DNA from: a virus
DNA: 62,668 nt
Direction: 5' to 3' (one strand)
Virus record (IMG/VR): IMGVR_UViG_3300036940_000176
Location: 1-62,668 of that record
Of this stretch, positions 17,578 through 25,906 are shown one piece after another. The notes under the pieces were generated by a model. That model worked only from the letters and a program-made list of their open reading frames with translations, was not told where the DNA came from and made no database searches. Position 1 is the first letter of the stretch. Every line of letters starts with the position of its first letter. Both the position numbers and the translations under genes were made by a program.

Positions 17578-17828
17578 TATTTTTCTCCTTTTTTATCTTT
17601 GTTTTTTTCTTTTGCTTTATTAATCATTTCAAGTGTGTTTAAAATAGTAACAATCATCAATTTGCTTTCTTTATTGCTACCTTTAAATAAAATTTGTGAT
17701 ACAACAGATAACGCTTGTAATTTAACGTCAACATTTAGTGTTTCACTTTTAACTTCTTTTTCTTTTTTAACTTTATCCAACTTTAATCGCCTCTTTCGTT
17801 TAAATTCTCTCTTGCCCAATCTTGACAA
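17577..17828 (-). CDS. Small basic hypothetical protein (83 aa)
   Basis: Track ORF, coupled to the recT start. Confidence 0.45.
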   Translation of the reverse strand: MSRLGKREFKRKRRLKLDKVKKEKEVKSETLNVDVKLQALSVVSQILFKGSNKESKLMIVTILNTLEMINKAKEKNKDKKGEK

Positions 17829-18034
17829 TAATCTCTTCGCTCTTCAAGCCATTCATCAGTCATTATGTCACCGCTAAATGATGTTGTGACTGTATAGTAA
17901 CATTGATTATACAATGTCCGATATGGCTCGGTTGCCTTTTGCCAAATAAGGTATGAGGCTATGACAACCAACACCACGATTAGTATTCTATTAATTTTCT
18001 TTTGGGTAATATTAAGCATCTTTAATTTCTCCAA
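17783..18034 (-). CDS. Small membrane-anchored protein (83 aa)
   Basis: N-terminal TM segment ILIVVLVVIASYLIW. Confidence 0.45.
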   Translation of the reverse strand: MEKLKMLNITQKKINRILIVVLVVIASYLIWQKATEPYRTLYNQCYYTVTTSFSGDIMTDEWLEERRDYCQDWARENLNERGD

Positions 18035-18197
18035 TATCTTCTAGTGCTTTTTTAGCATCTTCTTTGGAGACGCCTTCCTTCAACATTGTCATTGAATATT
18101 CGGAAACAAGTGATATTTGCTGTTCTCTTGTCTTGTTTTTAAAATCTCTCATTTGTTTATTTAATTCTTTATTTTTAGTTTCGTACACATTATTCAC
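18012..18197 (-). CDS. Hypothetical protein (61 aa)
   Basis: Track ORF. Confidence 0.45.
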   Translation of the reverse strand: MNNVYETKNKELNKQMRDFKNKTREQQISLVSEYSMTMLKEGVSKEDAKKALEDIGEIKDA

Positions 18198-20280
18198 CTC
18201 TTTCTTCTATAATTAATTTGTCATCATTTGTAACAACACAAGCAAACACTTGCGCTTTTGTTTTTGGAATTGCATCACTCATAGATGTTTTTTCATCGAC
18301 TAGAATTGGTACATAAATTTTATAGAAGTTTTGGAAAAATCTAACAAATTCAATTCCAGTTCTTATTTTAGTTCCAGTATTAACGTTTGTTGTTAAATCA
18401 ATACCGTTGACTAAAATTCTAAAAACATTTTTAGGCGTTCCATCGTTTGTAAAATCTAATAATTTAAACTTGATTTCATCGCTGAAATGTTCTTCTAATT
18501 GTTTTGATAAAATCTTATTTTTAATTTTTAAATATTCATTATACAAAGCGACTTTTTCCTCTTGTTTTTTTAATGCTTTAATTTTGAGTTTTTTGTCCTT
18601 CAATAAAACCTTACGTCTATCAAGATGTTTTTTGTAATCGTCAGCAACCGATAATTGACCATTTAATCTTTCTAACATTTCTTCTTGTTTCTCTAAATCT
18701 TCATATGTAATTCCTTGTTCATCTTCTCCAAATTCTTTTAACTGTTTGACCAACTCATCTTTTTTATCGTAAAGTTCATTTTTGTCTTCCTTGTTAGGTT
18801 GACCTTCTCGGTATTCTTTTAAATCTTTTTCAAACTCTTTAATACGATGGGTTGCATCTTCAATTTTTTGTTTGACCGATTTCCCACTTTTGATTATTTG
18901 GTTTTCTTCTTCTCGATAGAATTCAGTTCTTTCCTCAACTAACTTTTCGATTTTAGGTAATGTTTTAACTTTTAAATCAAAACGTTGTTTTAGGTCTTCT
19001 AATTCAGATTTAAGTCTTTGTTTTAAATCAGTAATTGCATTTTGAATATTATTTTCTTTGTTTTTAATTTGTTCTTCTTTTGAAAGCAAACTATCCTTAG
19101 GTAAGTCTTGACCACAAAGACTACAAACATTTTCGATTTCTTCGTCTTGAACATTAATTAACTCATCTTGTTTGTTTTTAATTTTATTATTATAACGTTC
19201 TTTTATTTGCTCTTTATCGGTTTTATAACGGTCTTCATAAGCACTAATCTCTTTTTGATGTTGTTCTTCGACTTCAGAAGCGACATTTTCAATTTTATTT
19301 CTAATAATTTTGATTTTATCAATCAATCCAAGTCGTTTTTCTTTCAATTCTTCGACATTTTTTCTTTCACGATTGATATAATATTCTTTTTCATCAATCA
19401 TTTCATTTTTGTGTCTTTGAAAATCATCATAAAAATTCTCAATTTCAAGTTCTACCCTGTTGATTTGTTTTTGAATTTTATTCTTTTCTTCAACATTTTT
19501 GTTTCTAAGAGAAATGATTTCACGATATTTATTTATTTTTTCTTTAACAGTGTTTCGTTTTTCTTCCAATTCGTTAAAATCTACTTCTTTATTAAAATCA
19601 TAACTTTCAATCGTTGTTCCATTTTCTTTGATGTAATTTTTGACTTCTTCTACTTCTTTTTTGATGTTATTTCGCTTTGTTTTCACATCGGAAAATCCTT
19701 TTTCAAAAGGAATATCTTCTAGTTCATCAAGCATTTCAAAGCGTTCATCAATATCACACATTTTTTGATGGTTGATAGGGTCGATTAAATCCATTACAAT
19801 TTCACGCTGTTCATTTTCGCTTAAGTTATTTGTAAAATGATTAATGTTTGATAATAGTTTATACATACCATCATCACCAAAAATGTCACTTACAAACTTA
19901 TCAAATTCACTTTTTTTATAAGAAATTCCATTAATGAAATATTCTCTTTTACTTGAGTTTTTATATTTTACATATTTCTTTTGGAAAACATATTCTTTTG
20001 CTTTTCCATCAGTTTCTACATTTACACTTAGTGTTATTGTAGGTTTTGTGTCATCAATATGTTTACCATCTTTATCAACTGGTAAAACTTCAAAATATTT
20101 ATCACTGACATCATTTAAATTTTTACCAGTCAAACACCAAGTAATTGCGTTTAAAACAGTTGTTTTTCCAACCCCATTTTTTGCTTTGAATAAAGTAACT
20201 CCATCTTTAAATTCGTGCGTAAAGTTTCTCAATTTCATAAAATCAATAATTTCGATGCTTTTAAATTTAATTTCTTTCAT
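18190..20280 (-). CDS. SbcC/Rad50-like SMC-type ATPase (696 aa)
   Basis: Walker A KNGVGKTT, a long coiled coil with a central CxxC hook (CSLCGQ), and C-terminal Walker B ILVDE. ATG 20280 follows AAGGAGAGG. Confidence 0.75.
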   Translation of the reverse strand: MKEIKFKSIEIIDFMKLRNFTHEFKDGVTLFKAKNGVGKTTVLNAITWCLTGKNLNDVSDKYFEVLPVDKDGKHIDDTKPTITLSVNVETDGKAKEYVFQKKYVKYKNSSKREYFINGISYKKSEFDKFVSDIFGDDGMYKLLSNINHFTNNLSENEQREIVMDLIDPINHQKMCDIDERFEMLDELEDIPFEKGFSDVKTKRNNIKKEVEEVKNYIKENGTTIESYDFNKEVDFNELEEKRNTVKEKINKYREIISLRNKNVEEKNKIQKQINRVELEIENFYDDFQRHKNEMIDEKEYYINRERKNVEELKEKRLGLIDKIKIIRNKIENVASEVEEQHQKEISAYEDRYKTDKEQIKERYNNKIKNKQDELINVQDEEIENVCSLCGQDLPKDSLLSKEEQIKNKENNIQNAITDLKQRLKSELEDLKQRFDLKVKTLPKIEKLVEERTEFYREEENQIIKSGKSVKQKIEDATHRIKEFEKDLKEYREGQPNKEDKNELYDKKDELVKQLKEFGEDEQGITYEDLEKQEEMLERLNGQLSVADDYKKHLDRRKVLLKDKKLKIKALKKQEEKVALYNEYLKIKNKILSKQLEEHFSDEIKFKLLDFTNDGTPKNVFRILVNGIDLTTNVNTGTKIRTGIEFVRFFQNFYKIYVPILVDEKTSMSDAIPKTKAQVFACVVTNDDKLIIEERGE

Positions 20281-20315
20281 TTTCCTCTCCTTTTTCGTTT
20301 TCAACCTTCAATAAT

Positions 20316-20344
20316 ATTGTATCACAGAATATAACGGTTGTCGT
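20316..20344 (-). promoter_or_regulatory. Candidate extended -10 promoter upstream of the SbcC-like gene
   Basis: Minus strand reads ACGACA, a 17-nt spacer, then TGaTACAAT. A TAACG-n5-CGTTA palindrome overlaps the -35. Confidence 0.4.
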
Positions 20345-20355
20345 TAAAAAAATAT

Positions 20356-20550
20356 TTATTGAACAGCATTTATCCAAGACCTATTTTTTTCTCTCTTCAT
20401 TTCTTTTTCCCTAAGTTTTTTATACTCTTCTTTGGTTATTAACCGCCAATCTCCATCAGTTTCAAAAACGACCCTATAATCACACTTTACTTTCTTACAC
20501 GTTGAATAGTGGGGACAGTGTTCGCATTCGTATTTAGGTGGCTTATTCAT
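20356..20550 (-). CDS. Cys-rich small protein (64 aa)
   Basis: CEHCPHYSTCKKVKC motif. Track ORF. Confidence 0.5.
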   Translation of the reverse strand: MNKPPKYECEHCPHYSTCKKVKCDYRVVFETDGDWRLITKEEYKKLREKEMKREKNRSWINAVQ

Positions 20551-20735
20551 CTATTTAACTCCTCTTTAATTTGCTGTAGTATTCCTAGATATTGTTTGCC
20601 TGTTAAATATACTACATCTACAATTTCAACCATCTCACGAATACGTTGTTCTCGTGCTTCTAATTCTTTAATGCGTTGTTGATACTCTAGTTCTATTATA
20701 TCAATTAATTCCAACACTTCTAATTCTTTACTCAT
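20547..20735 (-). CDS. Small coiled-coil protein (62 aa)
   Basis: Track ORF. Confidence 0.45.
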   Translation of the reverse strand: MSKELEVLELIDIIELEYQQRIKELEAREQRIREMVEIVDVVYLTGKQYLGILQQIKEELNR

Positions 20736-21199
20736 CTCAATCGTATCTCCTTTTTGGTAAGATAGTCGTATATCAGTTTTTGACGTTCTCTTTCGATGCC
20801 CTTTGCCATGTTCATCATAAACATAAATCTTGTTTTATCATCCAACTCACGATATTGCGAATGTTTTGCAATTCGGTTAGATGGATACACAATCAATCCA
20901 ATGTCGGTATCCTTGATGTGTTCCTTGACATAATCTTTCAATTCAAGTGGCACAACATAGTAATTTTTGTTGCCCACAAAGTTATGTCCGTTTTTGCTAT
21001 TGAAATCAGTCTTGCTTATCTTAATCTCATAGCAAGTAAACTCGTCATTGTAGCGATTGTACCGCATAATATCGACATTTCGAGTTCGGCTGCCATCTAT
21101 TGTGAAATTCACTGCGGTTTCAGGGCAAAGTAACACACCCTGTTTCCGTTGATACAATATTTGTTTCTCAATTTGACGGGTCAATTCACTTTTTCCCAT
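20732..21199 (-). CDS. PD-(D/E)xK nuclease-fold protein (MmcB-like)
   Basis: VDIM...CYEIKISKTDF gives a D...ExK arrangement. 155 aa. Confidence 0.45.
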   Translation of the reverse strand: MGKSELTRQIEKQILYQRKQGVLLCPETAVNFTIDGSRTRNVDIMRYNRYNDEFTCYEIKISKTDFNSKNGHNFVGNKNYYVVPLELKDYVKEHIKDTDIGLIVYPSNRIAKHSQYRELDDKTRFMFMMNMAKGIERERQKLIYDYLTKKEIRLR

Positions 21200-21239
21200 C
21201 TAATTGTCACCTCCTTTATTTGATGACCTTTAAACATTT

Positions 21240-21575
21240 TCATAATAACCCACTTTCTTTAATTTTATCCAATTGCTCTTGAGTTAGTTCAATAGTTACT
21301 TTCTTTTTAAGTCTATTTTCAATAATTACTCCTTTACTATTTTCCCAATAAATCATATTACCTTGCTCATCATATTCTCGTTTTTCCCAATAACCATTGC
21401 TATTTTCCCCATAAATCAAATTACCTTTTTCATCATATTCAATTTTAGACCAATCTCCATCACTATTTTCATAATAAACCCTATTACCCTTTTCATCAAA
21501 AACTTTAAACCAATCATCTTTAATAACCAACTTATAACTACCTTTTAATTCTATTTGACCTTTGAATAATTTCAT
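21240..21575 (-). CDS. YD(Rhs-type)-repeat-like small protein, paralog 3 (111 aa)
   Basis: 21-aa repeats YxENSxGxWxKxEYDxxGNxI. N-terminus MKLFKGQIELKG is shared with the neighbours. Confidence 0.6.
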   Translation of the reverse strand: MKLFKGQIELKGSYKLVIKDDWFKVFDEKGNRVYYENSDGDWSKIEYDEKGNLIYGENSNGYWEKREYDEQGNMIYWENSKGVIIENRLKKKVTIELTQEQLDKIKESGLL

Positions 21576-22246
21576 AATAACCCACTTTCTTTAGTCTGGT
21601 GCGGTCTTTTATCAACAAATACTCCATCATTATTTTCCCAATAAACCTCATTCCCTTTTTTATCATATTCTCTTTTAATCCAATAACCATTACTATTTTC
21701 CCAATAAACCTCATTCCCTTTTTTATCATATTCTCTTTTAATCCAATAACCATTACTATTTTTCCAATAAACCTCATTCCCTTTTTTATCATATTCTCTT
21801 TTAATCCAATAACCATTACTATTTTCCCAATAAACCTCATTCCCTTTTTTATCATATTCTCTTTTACTCCAACATCCTTTGCTATTTTCATAATAAATCA
21901 TATTGCCTTTTTCATCATATTTATACTTATGCCAATCTCCATCACTATTTTCCCAATAAATCACATTACCTTTTTCATCATATTCTTTTTTAGACCAATA
22001 ACCATTACTATTTTTATAATAAATCATATTGCCTTTTTCATCATATTTATACTTATGCCAATCTCCATCACTATTTTCCCGATAAATCACATTACCTTTT
22101 TCATCATATTCAATTGTAGACCAATCTCCATCACTATTTTCATAATAAACCCTATTACCCTTTTCATCAAAAACTTTAAACCAATCATCTTCAACATCTA
22201 ACTTATAATTACCTTTTAATTCAATTTTACCTTTAAATAATTTCAT
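21572..22246 (-). CDS. YD(Rhs-type)-repeat-like protein, expanded paralog 2 (224 aa, about 9 repeats)
   Basis: Same repeat. Includes near-perfect 63-nt tandem copies. Confidence 0.6.
   Translation of the reverse strand: MKLFKGKIELKGNYKLDVEDDWFKVFDEKGNRVYYENSDGDWSTIEYDEKGNVIYRENSDGDWHKYKYDEKGNMIYYKNSNGYWSKKEYDEKGNVIYWENSDGDWHKYKYDEKGNMIYYENSKGCWSKREYDKKGNEVYWENSNGYWIKREYDKKGNEVYWKNSNGYWIKREYDKKGNEVYWENSNGYWIKREYDKKGNEVYWENNDGVFVDKRPHQTKESGLL
21600..22200. repeat. 63-nt (21-aa) tandem repeat array inside the 224-aa YD-like gene
   Basis: Units start at 21637, 21700, 21763 and 21826 and are almost identical. More diverged copies extend to about 22200. Confidence 0.85.
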
Positions 22247-22247
22247 T

Positions 22248-22583
22248 CTATTTAACCACCTTTATTTGATAACCTAATAGTTTCTCAATTTCAGCAATGG
22301 TTAATTCTTTGGCATTCGGTCTTTTGTCAATAATTACTCCATCACTATTTTCATAGTAAACCTCATTCTCTTGCTCATCATATTCTCTTTTATTCCAATA
22401 ACCATCACTATTTACCCAATAAATCCTATTACCTTGCTCATCAAATTTTCGTTTTTCCCAATAACCATTGCTATTTTCCCCATAAATCAAATTACCTTTT
22501 TCATCTAAAACTTCAAACCAATAATCTTTAATAACCAACTTATAACTACCTCTTAATTCAATTTTACCTTTAAACATTTTCAT
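22248..22583 (-). CDS. YD(Rhs-type)-repeat-like small protein, paralog 1 (111 aa)
   Basis: Same N-terminus and repeats. Confidence 0.6.
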   Translation of the reverse strand: MKMFKGKIELRGSYKLVIKDYWFEVLDEKGNLIYGENSNGYWEKRKFDEQGNRIYWVNSDGYWNKREYDEQENEVYYENSDGVIIDKRPNAKELTIAEIEKLLGYQIKVVK

Positions 22584-22589
22584 TATCTT

Positions 22590-22940
22590 TCATCTCCTTT
22601 CATAAAATAATACAATCATTTTTATAATGTATGGTGGCAAGGAACATTCGAATTGTATTTCGATTTCGTCATTAGTTTTATCAATATCTTTGTACAAATA
22701 AGATATTGCAATATTATCAATATGGAAGACCTCTTCTTCATCATCATATTGCACATCTTCTTTAAACCATTCACTAAATGCTTCACATACTTCTTCGGCT
22801 GTTGGTGGTGTTGCTTGTTTTACTAATTCTTGTAATATCATTTTATATCTAAATATATTATCGCTATCCATATCATTAATTGAATTGATTAAATGTGATA
22901 TGTTTTCATAATCATTTTTATAATGTCCATACTTATTCAT
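22590..22940 (-). CDS. Hypothetical protein (116 aa)
   Basis: Track ORF trimmed to ATG 22940, which follows AAGGAGGGTG. Confidence 0.5.
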   Translation of the reverse strand: MNKYGHYKNDYENISHLINSINDMDSDNIFRYKMILQELVKQATPPTAEEVCEAFSEWFKEDVQYDDEEEVFHIDNIAISYLYKDIDKTNDEIEIQFECSLPPYIIKMIVLFYERR

Positions 22941-23106
22941 AAACACCCTCCTTATACTCGTTATCAAACACCTTATCAACTGTTATAGTATCTTCATAAT
23001 TATCCCAAGCATCACCAGTGTAAAGTTCAAATGCTTCTTCTTCGCTTTCGGCTTCTACGTCTTCATACCATACTGCTTCAATTTTTAATCTATAAATTTT
23101 ACCCAT
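22933..23106 (-). CDS. Acidic mini-protein (57 aa). Not in the ORF track.
   Basis: ATG 23106 overlaps the upstream stop (TGATG). SD GGAGGAAT. Confidence 0.45.
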   Translation of the reverse strand: MGKIYRLKIEAVWYEDVEAESEEEAFELYTGDAWDNYEDTITVDKVFDNEYKEGVYE

Positions 23107-23861
23107 CACTTTATTCCTCCTTTTCTAAAATTAATTCCTTTTATCTCATACTTATCATAAATTTCATTACCATCTATTCTACTAATCGTTGGTGCCACTT
23201 GCTTTGCTGTGTCAATTTTTTCAGACCTTGAATATCTATTTAGCAATTCGTTTGGAACACTATAATTACTTGTAATAATCGTCATTTTTTCATTTTCTAA
23301 ACGGTAATCAATAATTGGAAAAAGTATTCCTGACATTGAAAAATTAGTGATATTTTCATTGCCCAAATCATCAATAACTAGCACATCAATATTTTCTAAG
23401 TGTTTAACAAATGACTTTTCATTTTCATAATCAATTGCTCCAAAATAATCATTTAAAATCGTATTCATTTTGCCATAATATACCCTTGCACCTCTTTTAA
23501 AATATTTTTTAGCAAGGTATTTTGCAACGTGACTTTTTCCCACACCAACTCTCCCCCACAAATACAAAGACCTTTTATTTTTAACACTATTCATAATCTC
23601 GTTGATTTGTTTCACTTCAGTGGTGTCAAATTTCTCTTTTAAGACATTTTCATCGTTTATGCTACCAATTATTTTATCACACCTCAAAAAAGCAATGCGA
23701 TATGTTTTAAACGTTTTATCTTGAATGATTGTTGGATAATGTCCTTTGTGAACTTGTTTACAATTTTTAAGACCAGGACAATTTTTGCATAATTCAATCC
23801 CATTGTCATAAATAAGTTTATCGATTTTTGCAAGTTCTTCATAACCTTTTGGTTTATTCAT
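23106..23861 (-). CDS. DnaC/IstB-like AAA+ helicase loader
   Basis: Walker A GRVGVGKS, Walker B VLVIDDLG, and an N-terminal Cys-rich segment. Confidence 0.75.
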   Translation of the reverse strand: MNKPKGYEELAKIDKLIYDNGIELCKNCPGLKNCKQVHKGHYPTIIQDKTFKTYRIAFLRCDKIIGSINDENVLKEKFDTTEVKQINEIMNSVKNKRSLYLWGRVGVGKSHVAKYLAKKYFKRGARVYYGKMNTILNDYFGAIDYENEKSFVKHLENIDVLVIDDLGNENITNFSMSGILFPIIDYRLENEKMTIITSNYSVPNELLNRYSRSEKIDTAKQVAPTISRIDGNEIYDKYEIKGINFRKGGIK

Positions 23862-23862
23862 T

Positions 23863-24051
23863 TTATTTCTCCTTTATAATTATCCATAAGAACGTTAATA
23901 CGATGAAATATCCAACTATTATTGAAACATAAAGAATTATGAAATCGAACCAACCTTTATATAAACAAACTGGTACAACAATAAGCAAACCTGCGTATGA
24001 TGAGATTAATATCCAACCTAATATTTTGTCAATTTTATTCATTGTTGTCAC
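23863..24051 (-). CDS. Two-TM small membrane protein (62 aa)
   Basis: Hydrophobic segments ILGWILISSYAGLLIVVPV and ILYVSIIVGYFIVLTFLWIII. Confidence 0.5.
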   Translation of the reverse strand: MTTMNKIDKILGWILISSYAGLLIVVPVCLYKGWFDFIILYVSIIVGYFIVLTFLWIIIKEK

Positions 24052-24553
24052 CTAGTATGGATTTGATTTTATGAAGTGCATTTTCTTTGAGTATTTTATA
24101 TTCTTTTATAATTATTTGTTGTTGAAATGCTGAAACCTTTTTTGGATTTCCAGAAGGAACTACCAATATATCTTTGTTCATTTTAAAATATTCATCAAGT
24201 TCATTAAAAATTTCACTAATTGCATTGAGTTTGTTTTGTAATTTAGGAACTTTACTACTTTGTACTGAACCAACACTTAACGCATACTTTTTATACGCTT
24301 CCAATTCCTTAATACGTTGTGTTTGTGATTGTAATGCTTGTTTGATATTATATAACGCTTCTTGTGCAAATATATCTTCATTATGTATTGCGCTACCTTT
24401 TAAATACTCTAATGATGCTTCTACATTTTGTGGTAATGGTTGTTCTTCACAAATAGTGTTTATAGCATCCATATAATGTCTTTTTGATACATTGGTTGTT
24501 TTACATACTCTAATCAAATAATCTCGTGCGTTTTCTTTTTCTTTATTAACCAT
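24035..24553 (-). CDS. Hypothetical protein (172 aa)
   Basis: Track ORF. Confidence 0.5.
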   Translation of the reverse strand: MVNKEKENARDYLIRVCKTTNVSKRHYMDAINTICEEQPLPQNVEASLEYLKGSAIHNEDIFAQEALYNIKQALQSQTQRIKELEAYKKYALSVGSVQSSKVPKLQNKLNAISEIFNELDEYFKMNKDILVVPSGNPKKVSAFQQQIIIKEYKILKENALHKIKSILGDNNE

Positions 24554-25126
24554 TTAATCACTCCTATATATTTTTTTCATTTTGCTTGGTAAATAATTTT
24601 TACCACTGTTATTGTGTTCTAAATGTTCAAATAATAAATCTCTTGGCAAAATGTTTCTACAAAAATAACTATTATTAAAACTTGCAGTGTTACCATCAAA
24701 CGATACTTTCTTATCAACTATCAGTAATTGTAAATCACTTTTTCTATTGACAAAAAACTCTCCTATTTCTTGATAATTCAATATTGGCAATCCCAATATC
24801 ATAGCAAATGGTTTACCTAAAAAATACAGTCTTTGTAATACTTCTTTTTTTCTTGTAAACGGCGGATTACTAATAATATAATCATAATTTTCTTTTGGTT
24901 CATATTTAAAGAAATCTTGTCCTAACCAAATATGTGAATATATCACGTTGTGTCCTGCTTTTTCTAACTCTATTACAAACTCACTATCTTTTGTATCAAA
25001 AGGGCACCATATTGTACTATTAGGTTTTAAATATTTCAAAATTGGTTTGACTAATATTTTTGGAGTGTAATATTCATCTTTTTCATTAAATTGTGTTTGT
25101 TTTAACCAATTAGACATTTGTTTCAT
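24554..25126 (-). CDS. Orphan DNA N6-adenine (NPPF-type) methyltransferase
   Basis: Catalytic motif IISNPPF and N-terminal EYYTP...IWCPFD block. No cognate endonuclease nearby. Confidence 0.7.
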   Translation of the reverse strand: MKQMSNWLKQTQFNEKDEYYTPKILVKPILKYLKPNSTIWCPFDTKDSEFVIELEKAGHNVIYSHIWLGQDFFKYEPKENYDYIISNPPFTRKKEVLQRLYFLGKPFAMILGLPILNYQEIGEFFVNRKSDLQLLIVDKKVSFDGNTASFNNSYFCRNILPRDLLFEHLEHNNSGKNYLPSKMKKIYRSD

Positions 25127-25566
25127 TTAATCACTCCAATCTCTTTTAAATCTTTAATCATTTGTAGTACTTTTTCTTTACTTGATAAATAGACTGTCAT
25201 AGGTTTTTTAAATGTTAGAACCATATCAAAATCCCAATTTTGTGATAGTTCAGTGCAATCAACAGAATATTTAAACTGTTTACTATTTTCCCAATCTGGT
25301 TCAAAATATTTATCATATGTATCTTTCCATAACATCATATGTAAGAATATTACCCAATCCTTTTGCATTTTTGAGTTGTTAAGCCAAACGAATTCTCCAC
25401 AAGTACCCCATTCACTAAACATTGCATAAAAACCAGCATCTTTACTTAACATTCTCTCTTCTACTACATCTTTAAAACTTGGTTCTTTCACTGCATTAAC
25501 TAATTCGTTATAACTTTCTTCACTAATATTTACTACTTTGCCATTTTCTAATGTGATTTTTTTCAT
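25123..25566 (-). CDS. Hypothetical protein (147 aa)
   Basis: Track ORF. Confidence 0.5.
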   Translation of the reverse strand: MKKITLENGKVVNISEESYNELVNAVKEPSFKDVVEERMLSKDAGFYAMFSEWGTCGEFVWLNNSKMQKDWVIFLHMMLWKDTYDKYFEPDWENSKQFKYSVDCTELSQNWDFDMVLTFKKPMTVYLSSKEKVLQMIKDLKEIGVIK

Positions 25567-25567
25567 A

Positions 25568-25891
25568 TTATTCCTCCTCCAAATCTTTAATTAAACTTTC
25601 TACCGTTTCAAGTGAAATTTCTTGCCTATCTTCATGGTATACCCATTTATAGTTACCTATGCTAAAAGTATTGTCGTAATAAACTAAATCAACATGATTA
25701 CCAAAATCAATATATTTTATATTATTTTCTTCTTCATCTTCAAATTTCTCTAATAACTTATCTAATCTTGTTTGGTATTTTTTTATATGAGTTTTGCAAT
25801 CCATACAAACGTGTTGTGGCACGTAACCATTTTTAACTTTTAATACAAGTATATCACAAATTCTTTCACTCCCACATTTAGGACATTTCAT
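25568..25891 (-). CDS. Zinc-ribbon protein (107 aa; CPKCGS...CMDCKTH)
   Basis: Track ORF with two CxxC pairs. Confidence 0.5.
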   Translation of the reverse strand: MKCPKCGSERICDILVLKVKNGYVPQHVCMDCKTHIKKYQTRLDKLLEKFEDEEENNIKYIDFGNHVDLVYYDNTFSIGNYKWVYHEDRQEISLETVESLIKDLEEE

Positions 25892-25906
25892 TTTATTCCT
25901 CCTTAT

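Noticed and set aside
19168-20314. Plus-strand ORFs 19168-19722 and 19934-20314 (F/I/L-rich)
   Set aside because: They are antisense to the SbcC/Rad50-like gene. Their low-complexity Phe/Ile composition is the mirror of a Lys/Glu-rich coiled coil, and they have no SD.
21538-22201. ORFs 21538-21891 (minus) and 21599-22201 (plus) with striking internal repeats
   Set aside because: They are alternative-frame or antisense readings of the 63-nt repeat array. The frame giving YD-like repeats has proper SDs, coupled starts and paralogs on both sides.
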